Shown here: piece after piece, positions 10,095 through 17,940 of the stretch | Position numbering within the stretch: position 1 is the stretch's first letter | How the letters are laid out: every line of letters starts with the position of its first letter | NCBI GenBank assembly: GCA_016839745.1 | Contig: JAEOTS010000099.1 | Coordinates: forward strand, 1-36,280 | Reading direction: 5' to 3' | From: Promethearchaeota archaeon | Lineage (GTDB): Archaea; Asgardarchaeota; Lokiarchaeia; Sigyniarchaeales; SOKP01 | DNA: 36,280 nucleotides | Position numbers and translations under genes: made by a program | The notes under the pieces: generated by a model | Databases searched by the model: none | What the model was told of the DNA's origin: nothing | What the model saw: only the letters and a program-made list of their open reading frames with translations

Positions 10095-11147
10095 TTATTT
10101 TAGATAATTTTTTAAATCTAAATCTCTACTCTTAGCAAATTTTTCAAATTCATCAGGTATAGCACAACACGCAGAGAAAAAATTGTAGTTTATATCAGGA
10201 TATAATTCTTTTGCCCATTTTAAAGTTTTCTTCGAAGGAATCTCAATTCTATTAATACCTGCTTCAATAGCATATTTCTCTATCTCTATTTTAACATCTC
10301 CTCTTGGTCTCATACATCCTAAAGAGATTTCTGAATAAGGATAAACGAATCTAATAATAGAAATGATTTTTGCTATATCCACTGGCTTGGGTCTAATAAA
10401 TTTTGTTTTAGCATTCTTTGGAGGGATTAACGCAATTAAAACGATTAATGAGGGATTTAACCCCGATTCTTTTATAAATTTGATCGACTCCAGTTCTTTA
10501 TGGAGCTTACCGTAGTGTAACCCAATACAAATGTGGGGAACAATATTAATACCGTATTTTTGCATATAACCAATTGCTCTTTTATAATCATCTAAATCTT
10601 TATCTAGGTGGTAAATATCTCTAATTACATCCATATCCATGTTGATATCAAAAGATACAATATCAACACCTACTTGTGCTAGTTTCCTAGCAGTTTCTTC
10701 ATTAAGTAAACCGGTATGTGCATTTATTATTAAATTAGTTTTCTTTTTGATTTCCTTTATCGAATCTAAATAATTCAATAAAGGAACTGAACCGTCTGGT
10801 AGACAGCCTCCTGATAGTAGGACTCCAATTCCGTCATTATTATGTAAATCCATTAAATATGTTTTTAATTCGTTACTGTTTAAAATTGGTTTCATTCCAT
10901 CAAGATACTTTTTATTACAATGTTCACAATGTAATGAGCATTCACTTCCCGTAATGCTTATTGCCGGAAACCTTTTATTGGGGATGTAAATTTTTAACAA
11001 ATTTCCAAAATTTTTCTTTTTTAGATTATTAGCAAGCGTTAAAAAAGGCTTTAAATCTTTTAAATCAAGACCTAAAATCTCATTATAATCTGACCATGAT
11101 TGAGTACCTGTTTTGAACTTTTTTAATAGTATTTTGTTTTTACTCAT
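10095..11147 (-). CDS. lipS1: Radical SAM protein, archaeal lipoyl synthase subunit LipS1-like
   Basis: CSLHCEHC (CxxxCxxC), GCMR and C-terminal ACC motifs as in Thermococcus-type LipS1; adjacent to a lipoate ligase. Confidence 0.85.
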   Translation of the reverse strand: MSKNKILLKKFKTGTQSWSDYNEILGLDLKDLKPFLTLANNLKKKNFGNLLKIYIPNKRFPAISITGSECSLHCEHCNKKYLDGMKPILNSNELKTYLMDLHNNDGIGVLLSGGCLPDGSVPLLNYLDSIKEIKKKTNLIINAHTGLLNEETARKLAQVGVDIVSFDINMDMDVIRDIYHLDKDLDDYKRAIGYMQKYGINIVPHICIGLHYGKLHKELESIKFIKESGLNPSLIVLIALIPPKNAKTKFIRPKPVDIAKIISIIRFVYPYSEISLGCMRPRGDVKIEIEKYAIEAGINRIEIPSKKTLKWAKELYPDINYNFFSACCAIPDEFEKFAKSRDLDLKNYLK

Positions 11148-11931
11148 ATTTCTCTAACCAGTCCTTATTGGAATATTTCGTTGAAACAAGATTTTTAGCC
11201 ATTCTTAATTCATATTCAGAAAAAGTCCCGTCTTTTAATTTAATTCTTAAAGTTGATTCAAAGCCAGATTTGAGAGAAGATAGAAAACTGCTTTCTTCAT
11301 AAAATTCTAACTTATCTCTTATACCAATACATTTTGCATAAACAGATTTTACCATCTTCGTTTTGCTTACATTATGAGGAGCTTTTAAAACTGAATACAT
11401 AAGTTCCGGATCGAGTTCTAGCAAAATTGTTCCGTGTTGTAAGAGATAACCTTTTTTTCTGACTTGTGCATTTCCAGAAAATTTTTTTCCATCCAAAAAG
11501 ATTGCGGGACAATGAATTACTCCTTTTTCTGTTTTTAATCCATAATGTGTTAAAGCTAAAACAATTCCCTCTTCAATTTTTTCGAATTGCTCAATCACAT
11601 TCTTTGCATTGAGTTTTTCTAGGAATCTAGTAGGACACACAATAGAATATGTGATTTCGCGAGTTTTATCATGAAACACTGACCCTCCGCCTGTAATTCT
11701 CCGAACAATATTAAAATTCCTTTCTTTTGCAAAATTGACATCTACTTCGTTAATAAGACTTTGGTTTCTCCCAATCGATATCGTCGATGGGTTCCATTTA
11801 AAAAATCTGAGAGTATTAGGAGACTCATGGTTAATTACCGCATCTAATATAGCTTCGTCTAGAGCCATATTCCAATATCCATTCCTAGTTTCTAAAGGAA
11901 GAAATCTCCACTCCTTATTATCTTCTGACAT
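11140..11931 (-). CDS. Lipoate/octanoate-protein ligase, catalytic domain only (LplA/LipM family)
   Basis: NMALDEA, VRRITGGGSVFHD, GKKFSGNAQ, LQHGT; no C-terminal accessory domain. Confidence 0.92.
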   Translation of the reverse strand: MSEDNKEWRFLPLETRNGYWNMALDEAILDAVINHESPNTLRFFKWNPSTISIGRNQSLINEVDVNFAKERNFNIVRRITGGGSVFHDKTREITYSIVCPTRFLEKLNAKNVIEQFEKIEEGIVLALTHYGLKTEKGVIHCPAIFLDGKKFSGNAQVRKKGYLLQHGTILLELDPELMYSVLKAPHNVSKTKMVKSVYAKCIGIRDKLEFYEESSFLSSLKSGFESTLRIKLKDGTFSEYELRMAKNLVSTKYSNKDWLEKYE

Positions 11932-12938
11932 TAATTTTTATGAACATAGTTAATTAAACTCTCATATATCTCTTCTTTCTCATTTACAGAGAGATTTCTG
12001 GGGTAATTGTAAATTGGACCTGACGGTCTTGATGTATAATACGGACGATTGCAACCAGAGCATCCTGAAGTCAAAAATGCGTTTGAATTATTTATAATAT
12101 TCCACAAATCTATTTTATTTAGATTGAACATAATAATATCACCAAAATTATTAAATGTAAAGGTGTTAAGATTGTTAAGATCGTTTATTAGAAGATACCG
12201 TCCTAATTGTATTTTTCTAAAATTTAATAGCTCAGGTTGTTGCAAGCTTTCAAGTTTTGTTCCTTTTATTGGCATAAATGCAAATAAACTTACCTTTATT
12301 TTTAGATCGTGGAGATCACTAATCAGCTTCAAGATTTCTTTAGAAGTTTCTCCTAATCCTACTATTAAATGTGTTGTAACAAAACCTTCCGAAAAAAACT
12401 CTAATGCATCTTTAAGATTTTGAAGATGACTTTCCCAATTATAAGGGCTTTTAGCTTCTTTTCCTTTAACATTTTCAAAAATCTCAGGTGTAGCAGCATC
12501 AAGAGCTATACCTATCCTTTCAACACCAATAAGTTTTAAATGTTTTAATTTTTCTTTTGACATTGGTGGTATCGCAACCGATATAGGTATTTCACAGTTC
12601 TTTTTAATCTGAGAAATAATCTCAATAAGATCTTGAAAATTTTGGTAATAATTTAGAGTTTGGATGCAAATTCTCTGAAACCTTTTAGTAGGTGGTAAAT
12701 AATTCAGTTTAGTTAAAAATTCCTTAAAGGAAAAAATTGGCCAACTTACTCTTGAAAGTAGTTCAATTGAGCTCTCTGATTCTCTAGCTTGAGGACAAAA
12801 ACCGCAGTTTGCCATACAATGACCCTCTTTATATGTCATTATATAACATGTCGTAGGAACATCCTTAAATCTCTTACTTTCATATAACCCAAGCACTGAA
12901 GCGCTTCCGATCGACACTCTAATCTTATTTATCGCCAT
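11931..12938 (-). CDS. lipS2: Radical SAM protein, archaeal lipoyl synthase subunit LipS2-like
   Basis: CMANCGFC, LSRVSWP, and C-terminal TSGCSGCNRP (variant of the LipS2 TxGCPxCNRP motif); its stop overlaps the ligase start by 1 nt. Confidence 0.85.
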   Translation of the reverse strand: MAINKIRVSIGSASVLGLYESKRFKDVPTTCYIMTYKEGHCMANCGFCPQARESESSIELLSRVSWPIFSFKEFLTKLNYLPPTKRFQRICIQTLNYYQNFQDLIEIISQIKKNCEIPISVAIPPMSKEKLKHLKLIGVERIGIALDAATPEIFENVKGKEAKSPYNWESHLQNLKDALEFFSEGFVTTHLIVGLGETSKEILKLISDLHDLKIKVSLFAFMPIKGTKLESLQQPELLNFRKIQLGRYLLINDLNNLNTFTFNNFGDIIMFNLNKIDLWNIINNSNAFLTSGCSGCNRPYYTSRPSGPIYNYPRNLSVNEKEEIYESLINYVHKN

Positions 12939-13051
12939 TATTAGGCCAAAAATTATGGTGAGGAATACCTTTTTGATAAGAATATACCTTAATTCAAAAA
13001 AAATTTATTGGTTATATTTCCAAGAATGGAATTTGAAAATCAAAACTCATC

Positions 13052-14974
13052 TTAAATCTTTAGATCATATTGGATTATTTTATTTCTTAGACGATATTGA
13101 TCAATTGCATCATAAAATGGTTTCATTTTCATTTCAAATGCGAATTTTTCATTCTTTCTTTCAGGATCTTTCCCTAACTTTTCTTTAATAGGTAAAATCA
13201 AATATTCTTCGGAGAAAACTTTTTTAAAAGTTTGTTTAAATTTCTCTTTATTTAGGTAAGGGTGATCTCCTCCAAACACAATCTCAGGATAAGTTTCCAT
13301 GAGATTATCTTTAAAATTTTTTTGTGAGAAATCCATTAGAATTTTTTCATACCCTTTGATATCTAAAGTTTTATCTTCTGATGCTAGGAGTCTATTGGAT
13401 TCGTTTTTAGAATTTTTTAAATCAGATAATAATGTTTTTCTCTGATTTTCTTTCAAAGAAGTACCAAGATTATTTATCCACTTATCGTACAAATCAAGAA
13501 TTGCTTCGGGTTCAAAATTCTCAGTTACAAAATCAGGAAAGAAAAATGCTCCATGATTTCCAATTTCTTCTTTTTTCTCATTATATTTTTGCGGATTTTC
13601 ATAGTCTAGGAAAAAGAAATAAATTCGATCTTTTAATGGCCTGTTAACTGTTAGTGCTTGTTTTGTTTTATCAATACCTCCTATATTTTCAACAGAGATT
13701 GGAAATAATAACCATTTTTTTTCAAAATAATATTTCATCAGCGTTTTTTCAGTTCCACCTTCCGTATACAAAATAAAGGGAGTAGATGCAAATAAACCAA
13801 AATCAGCTAGAACTGATTTTCTAAAATCAATCACCTCGGAGTCGTCCTTAAAATACAAATAGGGTTGTTCTTTTTCTTTATTTTTGGGCCAAGGTAAGAG
13901 GTTAATCCCGAATAGTTCCCAAGCTATTCTGGTAAAAGACTTGAGCAATAGAATCATATTAATAGAGATGTTCAAATTACCATAAAGCTCATCTAATTTA
14001 TTATCTTGTATCATCTCAAGTAAATCACCCCATTTTTCGAGGCCGTCAATCTTATTTTTCGAGGAGTGGATATAGAACCGATATATTTCATTATACATAG
14101 TTTTAAGAGTTTTTTTCTCTTCTTCTGATAAAAATTTATTCTTTTTTTCCATCAAAGAGTCTCTCCAGCTATAGTAATTCTTTAATACTAATTCTTTTTC
14201 ACCTTTATCGTATCTAGATTCTGTATTTAAAATGGGTTCAACTTTTACAGTTCCCGGAGTAATTATCCTATCCCGAAATAACATCAACGAATCCAATTTT
14301 ATCCATACTTTAAGAAAATCAAAAGACAACCAATGTGAACCAGTTAAATGTCGAAAAAAATTATCATATACTTTTTTATTCTTAATTGCTTGCTTCAAAT
14401 CGCGGTTATTTTTTCTTATCTGTTGGAATTTTTCCCTAAAAGTCCTGTCTTTAGAGTTCTTGACATTTTTATTGTAGATATCGAATCTTTTTTTAATACT
14501 ACTTTTAATCCATTTTTTTTCTTCATTCTCGATTTTTCTAAGAAATTTGTCTCTCTTTTTTATTTCTACTCCATTTTTGATATATTTCTTTTGTGAATAG
14601 TAATAAAACTTGCTATCTTTATTATAATACTTCTTAAAACTATCCCAATACAGTATGAATTGAAAGAACTGAAAAGGATGGTAAAATTTAATAAAATCTT
14701 TTTCTTTTGGTTCATTTGGAAAAAAACTGAACCTTCCTCTTCTATCTAGTTCCTGTGCATAATCTGAGTCTGCGTCAGTAATATAAATTGGTTGAAATAG
14801 ATTATTTTCTTCCAGATAATCTAATAAATAATAACATTTCGTAATTTCACCTTTATGCATCACATAGCCTAGTTCCTCAGCCCAATTAAATAAGCCTTTC
14901 CTGGAAACTAGAGAACGACGTAAAAATGGGGAAAATTTTTCCCATATATCAAAAACAGATAACCAGTCTGACAT
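13052..14974 (-). CDS. Hypothetical 640-aa protein with a C-terminal OLD-like TOPRIM domain (putative nuclease)
   Basis: ILYTEGGTE ... ENIGG ... FFFLDYE fits the TOPRIM E/G/DxD pattern; no Walker A motif seen. Confidence 0.6.
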   Translation of the reverse strand: MSDWLSVFDIWEKFSPFLRRSLVSRKGLFNWAEELGYVMHKGEITKCYYLLDYLEENNLFQPIYITDADSDYAQELDRRGRFSFFPNEPKEKDFIKFYHPFQFFQFILYWDSFKKYYNKDSKFYYYSQKKYIKNGVEIKKRDKFLRKIENEEKKWIKSSIKKRFDIYNKNVKNSKDRTFREKFQQIRKNNRDLKQAIKNKKVYDNFFRHLTGSHWLSFDFLKVWIKLDSLMLFRDRIITPGTVKVEPILNTESRYDKGEKELVLKNYYSWRDSLMEKKNKFLSEEEKKTLKTMYNEIYRFYIHSSKNKIDGLEKWGDLLEMIQDNKLDELYGNLNISINMILLLKSFTRIAWELFGINLLPWPKNKEKEQPYLYFKDDSEVIDFRKSVLADFGLFASTPFILYTEGGTEKTLMKYYFEKKWLLFPISVENIGGIDKTKQALTVNRPLKDRIYFFFLDYENPQKYNEKKEEIGNHGAFFFPDFVTENFEPEAILDLYDKWINNLGTSLKENQRKTLLSDLKNSKNESNRLLASEDKTLDIKGYEKILMDFSQKNFKDNLMETYPEIVFGGDHPYLNKEKFKQTFKKVFSEEYLILPIKEKLGKDPERKNEKFAFEMKMKPFYDAIDQYRLRNKIIQYDLKI

Positions 14975-14989
14975 TTTGTTTTAATTCGA

Positions 14990-15826
14990 TCAATTTTTCT
15001 TAAATACATTCCAAAATTCCGATGGGATTTTCCCAATATCAGTTGGGAAAAATTTAATCGTATCGGTAGTAATATTGGGGTATCCATGAAATTTAGGGGC
15101 AATTGTTTTCATTAAATCCTCTGAATAATCGTGAAAAAATGCTTTGGGATTAATTTTATACACTTTACGTAAATACCAGCGAACAAGATAAACTACGGCA
15201 TCAACTAACTGAAGTCCATTATACACTTCTGAATCAACAATAAAAGGAAAATTAATTATCCGTTCAGGATATTCATCCCATCCGTGCCCAGTACCGGTTT
15301 CCATGAATTCAATGATTTGCTCTCGTTTCTCAACATCAGTTTTGATGTTCACAGAATCCATTACTAATAAACCTCGATCTTCTTTATTAGTACTATCAAA
15401 TTCAATATAGCGGTTAATTTTTTCAACTAATAGCTCAAACGCCCATTTTTCAACATTTTCTCTCCCTGAATTCTTAAAATCTTCTTTAACAATAACAGTG
15501 CAAATGATCTTGATATATAAGCGCGTTATAAAATCATAGACTTTTGATACAACTTTGAACCATTTCTCTACATCATCCTTTAAATTCTGATAGAGCTTTC
15601 TTCTCCCATTGATGTCATCCATGTGAATCTCAAATTTAGGTGGATATTTTTTAAGATCACTTTTACTTCTGACAATACTCCATATATCTTGTTTTAAAGT
15701 TTCACTTGCACTATGAAGAAAATTTAGCCCTAGATCTTTCATTATAACTGCAGCAAGTACATAGAATTTACTCTCCTTATCCTCAAGGTTCGGAGTTCCT
15801 GATTCATCAATAAATGCAAAGTACAT
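14990..15826 (-). CDS. DUF3800 family protein (RNase H-like fold)
   Basis: N-terminal FIDESG, EIH, LVMD and C-terminal DS..YNGLQLVD signature motifs. Confidence 0.88.
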   Translation of the reverse strand: MYFAFIDESGTPNLEDKESKFYVLAAVIMKDLGLNFLHSASETLKQDIWSIVRSKSDLKKYPPKFEIHMDDINGRRKLYQNLKDDVEKWFKVVSKVYDFITRLYIKIICTVIVKEDFKNSGRENVEKWAFELLVEKINRYIEFDSTNKEDRGLLVMDSVNIKTDVEKREQIIEFMETGTGHGWDEYPERIINFPFIVDSEVYNGLQLVDAVVYLVRWYLRKVYKINPKAFFHDYSEDLMKTIAPKFHGYPNITTDTIKFFPTDIGKIPSEFWNVFKKN

Positions 15827-15944
15827 AATTTATCCTTACCATTGTTATATAATTTGGATTCTCATGAATTTTAATGATGTATTTCCTTTAAACTTTTAAA
15901 AAAATCGAAAAAAAAATGGCAAGACTTCAGACCTTGGATGTAGA

Positions 15945-16142
15945 TTACCTTTCTTGATAAAATTTAAATAAAACTAAAAGGAAAAACATTCCTATAAATA
16001 GTACACCAATAAGAGTAATAGTAGAATAAATCTGCTGACTCTGATTAGGATTTAAGATTGCGACAACGGATAATAATAATAATCCCGCAATTAAAAAAAT
16101 CCATATACTATTTTTAAACTTAAAGATAATATCTACTGACAT
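15945..16142 (-). CDS. Small two-TM membrane protein
   Basis: 65 aa with two hydrophobic helices; starts 14 nt after the GIY-YIG stop; purine-rich GAGGGA upstream. Confidence 0.65.
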   Translation of the reverse strand: MSVDIIFKFKNSIWIFLIAGLLLLSVVAILNPNQSQQIYSTITLIGVLFIGMFFLLVLFKFYQER

Positions 16143-16156
16143 AATTCTTCAATCCC

Positions 16157-16426
16157 TCACTTATTTTCTTTATTATATTTTGGTTTATTATTAGATAATC
16201 TATTTTTTTCCACCTGTTTAGCTTTAGCTTTGGTTTTTGTAGGTGAAACCGACGCAGATGTGAAATGTTTGGTTTTATCATAATGATGTTGCTTAATCCG
16301 TTGGTTCAAGTTTTTAGTCATTCCAGTATAGACTGTCTTTCCTTGACGATTTTTAAGATTATATGCTCCTGCTGTTTTTGGTATTTCACTACGACCCTTT
16401 TTTGTATTTGAATAAGATTTTGTCAA
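16157..16426 (-). CDS. Stand-alone minimal GIY-YIG nuclease
   Basis: GAY...VYTG, R..QH, E...PKYN motifs; TTG start preceded by a GGAGG Shine-Dalgarno. Confidence 0.88.
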   Translation of the reverse strand: MTKSYSNTKKGRSEIPKTAGAYNLKNRQGKTVYTGMTKNLNQRIKQHHYDKTKHFTSASVSPTKTKAKAKQVEKNRLSNNKPKYNKENK

Positions 16427-16464
16427 CCCTAATACCTCCGTATTATTTTATTATTTATAAAAAA

Positions 16465-16513
16465 GATCATTTTTTCATATTTATAGATCGAAAAAAAATG
16501 ATCCATATTTATA
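16465..16513. promoter_or_regulatory. Candidate operator/divergent promoter: 11-bp inverted repeat plus a 10-bp direct repeat
   Basis: GATCATTTTTT (16465-16475) and AAAAAATGATC (16493-16503); CATATTTATA at 16476 and 16504; TATA-like boxes nearby. Confidence 0.45.
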
Positions 16514-16569
16514 TATATTCGTCTAGATTATATAAATACTCGCACGACAAAAAAAGGAGGTTTGCAGAA

Positions 16570-17424
16570 ATGATCAACGAAGAAAGAAAAGTTATGATAA
16601 TACCTATCGGTCTAGAGTTAGATCGAGCTATTTTTGGGATTTCCAAGTATAACCCCGATATCATCTATGTGATATACAGTAGAAAGGAAGAAGAAATTCT
16701 GATAGATAAAGTGGATGTCGAATCCAAAAGATTTATGGAACTCTTTGTTGAAAAGATTAGGGGATTGTGGAAATATGAAATATTAGAGACTGATGTAACT
16801 AATCTATCAAAATGCACTGATCTTCTAATGGAGATCTTCACTAAAGAATTACAAGAATCAGAAGATTGTGTTTTTTATATCAATATTTCAACGTCATCAA
16901 AGATCTTCTCTTTTTCATCTTTTTATCTCGCAGGAAAGTATAGTGGAAATGTATTACTTTTTTATGTGAAACCGGCCGAATATCTAATGGTTGAATTTAG
17001 CGCGAAATTTCAAGATTTAGTTTCTAAACTTAGAAATAGCGAAGATGTCGATATGGATTATCTAACTGAAACAGAAAAGATGATTGAAAGATACATAGAA
17101 CACGGTTGGACCTCTGGAACTTTCAGAATAATCGAAATCCCTTACTATAAAATATCAAAATATCCCGATTATGAAATAAATTTAATGGGAATTATGAATG
17201 ACAACAAAAATAAATATCCTGATGGTTTCACAATAGAAAATCTTTTAGAGCTAAATAGAGAGGTTCAAATAAAAAGCAATAAAATTAAATTAAATTATCA
17301 TCTCACGGAATTAGAAAGGCAAAGTCTTATCGAAAACCATCCAAAGAATCGGAAGAAACATGTCAAATTACAGAAGTCAGGCGAAATTTTTCTTGAAACA
17401 ATCGCTAAGTTGTTAGAAAATTAA
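16570..17424 (+). CDS. CARF-like (DUF6293/Csa3-type) domain plus C-terminal winged-HTH transcriptional regulator
   Basis: IIPIGLELDR, DIIYVI, YINISTSSKI, FYVKP then LNYHLTELERQSLI...KLQKSG. The ATG at 16570 follows GGAGG, so the ORF-track start at 16363 is over-extended. Confidence 0.78.
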   Translation: MINEERKVMIIPIGLELDRAIFGISKYNPDIIYVIYSRKEEEILIDKVDVESKRFMELFVEKIRGLWKYEILETDVTNLSKCTDLLMEIFTKELQESEDCVFYINISTSSKIFSFSSFYLAGKYSGNVLLFYVKPAEYLMVEFSAKFQDLVSKLRNSEDVDMDYLTETEKMIERYIEHGWTSGTFRIIEIPYYKISKYPDYEINLMGIMNDNKNKYPDGFTIENLLELNREVQIKSNKIKLNYHLTELERQSLIENHPKNRKKHVKLQKSGEIFLETIAKLLEN

Positions 17425-17612
17425 ACATTTCTGAAAATTTCTAGATATCTCTACTCGGGACTGAAAATTGTATTTTATACCTTTTCTTATTCAACATAAC
17501 TTCAAATCTCGATTGAAAATCGATTTTGTCAAGATAAGTATAGAACTATTATAAAAATACATTAGCTTTTGAATTAGTTGGATTTATAAACATACATTAA
17601 AATAGGATATTA

Positions 17613-17710
17613 GAAGTGTATTATGTAGCTAGCGTGACTAACACTTCGTTTTTCCTGTGAGAAGCGCCCGCCTTCCAAGCGGGTGGCTGATCACCTATGT
17701 TTTTTTTTTT
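17613..17710 (+). ncRNA. Candidate structured small RNA or IS200/IS605 end relic: two hairpins followed by a T-run
   Basis: GAAGTGT/ACACTTC stem (17613-17647); GC-rich hairpin 17657-17694; TATA-like TTTATAAA at 17583; poly-T at 17700-17710. Confidence 0.4.
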
Positions 17711-17779
17711 CATGAAATTATATTGTGATACAAAAATTTCATTTAACATTCCTTATTGGAATGGCTTATTGGCACCAAA

Positions 17780-17799
17780 TTATTTCGTTAACGAAATAA
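17780..17799. promoter_or_regulatory. Perfect 20-bp palindrome upstream of leuS
   Basis: TTATTTCGTTAACGAAATAA is its own reverse complement. Confidence 0.5.
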
Positions 17800-17865
17800 C
17801 TATTCAACAAGAGATCAAATTTCACCTTTTTAAAATACACTAATAATTGCAAATAATTTGCTTGA

Positions 17866-17937
17866 ATTTAGTTCTATGTAATTAGTAAAAAATTTAATGT
17901 ATTCTATATTTAGCAAATAAATTACATAGCACTAAAT
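17866..17937. repeat. 18-bp inverted repeat (17/18 match, 36-nt spacer) ending 3 nt before the leuS ATG
   Basis: ATTTAGTTCTATGTAATT (17866-17883) and AATTACATAGCACTAAAT (17920-17937). Confidence 0.6.
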
Positions 17938-17940
17938 AAC

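Noticed and set aside
12955-13188. 77-aa plus-strand ORF
   Set aside because: It overlaps the 3' end of the TOPRIM gene on the opposite strand and the lipS2 promoter region, and has no motifs.
16363-16569. N-terminal extension of the regulator ORF given in the track
   Set aside because: It overlaps the opposite-strand GIY-YIG gene and promoter; the SD-preceded ATG at 16570 is more plausible.
16570-17424. CRISPR-Cas locus implied by the Csa3/CARF-like gene
   Set aside because: No repeat-spacer array or cas genes were seen anywhere in the window.
17657-17694. Eukaryote-like SECIS element (GUGA...UGA with tandem G.A pairs)
   Set aside because: No upstream gene with a plausible in-frame UGA (the adjacent CDS ends in TAA), no apical AA motif at the expected position, and no lower helix.
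17613-17710. Intact tRNA-Gly gene or T-box leader for leuS
   Set aside because: Only an anticodon-like arm is present, with no TTC T-loop, acceptor stem or T-box consensus.
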